A stretch of DNA of 20,980 bases, from positions 1-20,980 of the forward strand of contig JBBIPG010000038.1 of assembly GCA_037442925.1 (NCBI GenBank), in the 5' to 3' direction. A program made the translations under genes and the position numbers. Source of the DNA: Candidatus Fraserbacteria bacterium. GTDB lineage: Bacteria; Bipolaricaulota; Bipolaricaulia; RBG-16-55-9. Under the pieces are notes generated by a model. That model saw only the letters and a list, made by a program, of their open reading frames with translations. It made no database searches and was not told the origin of the DNA. Below, piece after piece: positions 18,838-20,980 of this stretch. Numbering within the stretch: the stretch's first letter is position 1; every line of letters starts with the position of its first letter.

Positions 18838-18872
18838 TCCCACCTGGGGTGGGCTATGGTACAAAAATAATA
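18838..18872 (-). promoter_or_regulatory. CsoR-type operator and extended -10 upstream of the MMPL gene
   Basis: CCCACC-TGG-GGTGGG at 18839-18853, sharing 14 bp with the 20816-20839 palindrome; minus-strand TGcTATTAT (-10 at 18867-18872). Confidence 0.65.
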
Positions 18873-19101
18873 GCAGCCCGGATCGGGGTCTGCCATGACG
18901 CACGGCAGGCCTTGACATGATCCTCGTCAGTACCATCGCCTTAGCCTTACCTTGGGTACCCATAGGTCAACTCCAAGGCTCGCTGCAGCATCAGCCAAAG
19001 TGCCAATTCCGCCACGCCGAAGCCGAAATACTGGGAGCATGTTCATTGAACAACTTGAGAAGCTCTGGAATGCGTTTAGCGTTCAAGTTCTTTCATCGTC
19101 A

Positions 19102-19764
19102 TTACTTGGGCACGTCTAGCTCCTGGGTATGCTCATATCCAGCCATGCAGGGCGTGCAATCGCTTCCGTCAGGCAGCGGCCCCTCGACCATCTCTCCCTT
19201 GCCTGGATCAAGATAGAGGTTATGCCCCACGCCCTCGCCGGATTTGCGGCTGAGCTCCTCTGTGAGGCTTGCAACTCCCTTGTCTACTTGGAGTCGCCCG
19301 TCTGCCGTGAGCGTCATTTCATAGAAGGGGAGAGGTCGGGGAGCTGGGCCGCCCAGCACGCGGCCGTCACGCGCGAAGCGGCTCCCGTGGCAAGGACAGT
19401 AGGCGTGGACAACGGGATATTCCGGATTGGGTGGTCCGAAGGGTTTATATGAACAGCCCAGATGTGTACATATGCCAGAGACGGCTTGAAAGCCGTAAGA
19501 GCTACGAAAGATGTAGACCTGTTGCGCTTCGAGAAGTTTCATATCGCCGACTTGATAATCCTCCGGTCGGCCCGCGGTGAACGCACTCGATGGCTCGTAG
19601 CTCATCTTGGGCAAGATGAAGGAGGCAATGCTGGTGAAGACACCTCCGAGTGTCAAGAAGAAGGTTGTCAGTCCGATTCGGGTGAAGAGACTTCGCCGGG
19701 TGAGTTGATGGGCTTGCGGTGAGACCGAAAAATCGTCTCGATCCTGTCGGTTCTTGTGTTTCAT
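19102..19764 (-). CDS. Rieske [2Fe-2S] protein, Tat-type anchor
   Basis: LTRRSLF followed by a TM helix; CTHLGC and CPCHGS boxes; GPAPRPL. The start is uncertain (ATG 19764 or TTG 19794). Confidence 0.92.
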   Translation of the reverse strand: MKHKNRQDRDDFSVSPQAHQLTRRSLFTRIGLTTFFLTLGGVFTSIASFILPKMSYEPSSAFTAGRPEDYQVGDMKLLEAQQVYIFRSSYGFQAVSGICTHLGCSYKPFGPPNPEYPVVHAYCPCHGSRFARDGRVLGGPAPRPLPFYEMTLTADGRLQVDKGVASLTEELSRKSGEGVGHNLYLDPGKGEMVEGPLPDGSDCTPCMAGYEHTQELDVPK

Positions 19765-19790
19765 TGGCTGTAAGTTTGATCGCTCTCCTT

Positions 19791-20117
19791 TCAAGCTCTT
19801 CGCAAGTACTTCAAGACCTCCATCAGCTCGTCGATCTTTTCTTCTCCATGGCCCTCTTCGGTTGCCAGGCGTATACAGTGCTTCATGTGAGCTTCGCTGA
19901 TCGTGTTAGCCAGTTTGGTGAGCAGGGCCTGCACGGCTGCGATCTGCTTGAGGATGTCGACACAATAGCGCTCATCTTCAATCATTCGCTGGATGCCTTG
20001 GACATGTCCTACGATGATATTGATCACGCGGGCGGCGTCGTGCTTGGCTTGAGGGTGAGCGGCTAGGCTCCCCTTTCGCTCCGCTTCCTGCACTGTTGCT
20101 AACGTTGTCTTGGTCAT
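19791..20117 (-). CDS. csoR: CsoR/RcnR-family metal-sensing repressor
   Basis: [26 protein letters not shown]...HMKHCI, the Cys / His-x3-Cys Cu(I) ligand pattern; AAGGAG RBS. Confidence 0.92.
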   Translation of the reverse strand: MTKTTLATVQEAERKGSLAAHPQAKHDAARVINIIVGHVQGIQRMIEDERYCVDILKQIAAVQALLTKLANTISEAHMKHCIRLATEEGHGEEKIDELMEVLKYLRRA

Positions 20118-20135
20118 AACACGCTCCTTTGCGGT

Positions 20136-20180
20136 TGGCCCGCCCCGGGTGGGACAAAGATACCCTCAGTATACTTTGTC
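20136..20180 (-). promoter_or_regulatory. CsoR-type operator and -10 upstream of csoR
   Basis: The reverse complement of 20136-20154 (TCCCACCCGGGGCGGGCCA) matches 18838-18856 at 16/19. Minus-strand TATACT at 20168-20173 lies inside the inverted repeat GACAAAG..CTTTGTC. Confidence 0.6.
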
Positions 20181-20209
20181 TTGCCTTCGTCCTCTACTGG
20201 GTTGCTGGC

Positions 20210-20395
20210 TCAGTGGCCGCTGCCAGATTTCGAGTGCCGGCCGGTGTATACGTACTCTTCTGGTGCTTTCTCGAACTTGGCCTTGCAGCCCGGCGAGCAG
20301 AAGTAGTACGTCTGGCCTTGGTATTGAGCGGTTGCAGCTGCTTTGGCCTTGTCGATGGTCATCGCGCAGACCGGGTCCTTCACTTTCTCTGCCAT
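20210..20395 (-). CDS. YHS-domain protein
   Basis: KDPVCAMTID...YQGQTYYFCSPGCKAKFEKAPEEY; GGAGGTG RBS. Confidence 0.93.
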   Translation of the reverse strand: MAEKVKDPVCAMTIDKAKAAATAQYQGQTYYFCSPGCKAKFEKAPEEYVYTGRHSKSGSGH

Positions 20396-20436
20396 CGCGA
20401 AGTCACCTCCTTTCTCTCGCGCATTTCGGGCAGGGG

Positions 20437-20481
20437 GAGGGGCAGGGTCACACGGTGCGGGGTATGGTGCCCCTGCCCCTC
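20437..20481. other. Intergenic GC-rich hairpin
   Basis: GAGGGGCAGGG (20437-20447) / CCCTGCCCCTC (20471-20481), perfect 11-bp arms. Confidence 0.6.
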
Positions 20482-20488
20482 GGGCGCC

Positions 20489-20800
20489 TCAGTGGTGTCC
20501 CGCTGGCATCGGCCGAGAGGCGCTCGTCAGGCTTTCCTCTTGAGGTCGCTCGCGATTGAAGTAGTTGTACAGGGGCACGAAGATGGCGGCGATGTAGACC
20601 CCACTGACGAAGCTCGCGATCAACCCCCATAGAAAACTACCGAAGCTCAGCCAGCGAAATCCTGGCAACACGAGTTCCCAGAACTTGTACATCAGCCAGG
20701 AGTTGGGCCAGAGCAACCCGCCCAGTACGTCTAGTACATAGGTGATGCTGAGAATGCTGCCTAGCGTGATAGCCATGGGCTTGAAATGTACCCGGTTCAT
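20489..20800 (-). CDS. DUF5676-like small membrane protein
   Basis: ATG at 20800; WELVLPGFRWLSFGSFLWGL...FVPLYNYF pattern; C-terminal HH. Confidence 0.75.
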   Translation of the reverse strand: MNRVHFKPMAITLGSILSITYVLDVLGGLLWPNSWLMYKFWELVLPGFRWLSFGSFLWGLIASFVSGVYIAAIFVPLYNYFNRERPQEESLTSASRPMPAGHH

Positions 20801-20815
20801 CGAGCTCACCCTTTC

Positions 20816-20873
20816 TATCCACCCCACCTGGGGTGGATATGCACATTCTAGCACAACTCTTCAAGGCTGTCAA
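20816..20873 (-). promoter_or_regulatory. Sigma70 promoter with a perfect palindromic CsoR-type operator over the start site
   Basis: TTGACA (20868-20873), 17 bp, TGcTAGAAT (-10 at 20845-20850); TATCCACCCCA-CC-TGGGGTGGATA at 20816-20839. Confidence 0.88.
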
Positions 20874-20980
20874 GTGCTCGGTGGTCCCTGCGCCAAGAGA
20901 TCGTTACCAGGGGGAAGTGTGGCGCTGGCTCAAGAAAGCAGGCATCCTCTCTTGGATACGGCTCTGGAAGAGCGTTCAAG

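Noticed and set aside
18880..19101. Cytochrome b remnant or small ORF after the Rieske gene
   Set aside because: Only short frames (under 40 aa on the minus strand) without recognisable motifs.

Overview
GC-rich bacterial window with three blocks. (1) 1-3964: the trailer end of a CRISPR array (30-bp repeat CTTTTAATCGAACCAGAGTGGTATTGAAAC, 36-bp spacers) and a type I-B-like adaptation module (cas4, cas1, cas2). Between the last two repeats, in place of a spacer, lies a 688-bp segment with a complete two-gene operon (small helical protein + HNH endonuclease); the HNH stop codon is supplied by the last repeat. An AbrB-PIN toxin-antitoxin pair splits cas1 from cas2, and the PIN gene appears frameshifted and fused to an HD-motif fragment resembling a Cas10-type N-terminus. 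(2) 4049-11339: mostly housekeeping genes (secreted hypothetical, CxxC-x17-CxxC protein, pckA, universal stress protein, three-gene NAD(P) transhydrogenase, two small membrane proteins). (3) 11340-20873: a minus-strand, probably copper-responsive island (DUF5676-like protein, YHS protein, CsoR-family repressor, orphan Rieske protein, frameshifted MMPL/RND transporter, LolA-like protein, SDH-family protease, OmpR-family regulator, two exported proteins including a Met/Gly-rich one, sensor kinase) with three related CsoR-type operators and a 4x11-bp direct-repeat box. All family calls come from motif recognition, not from database searches.
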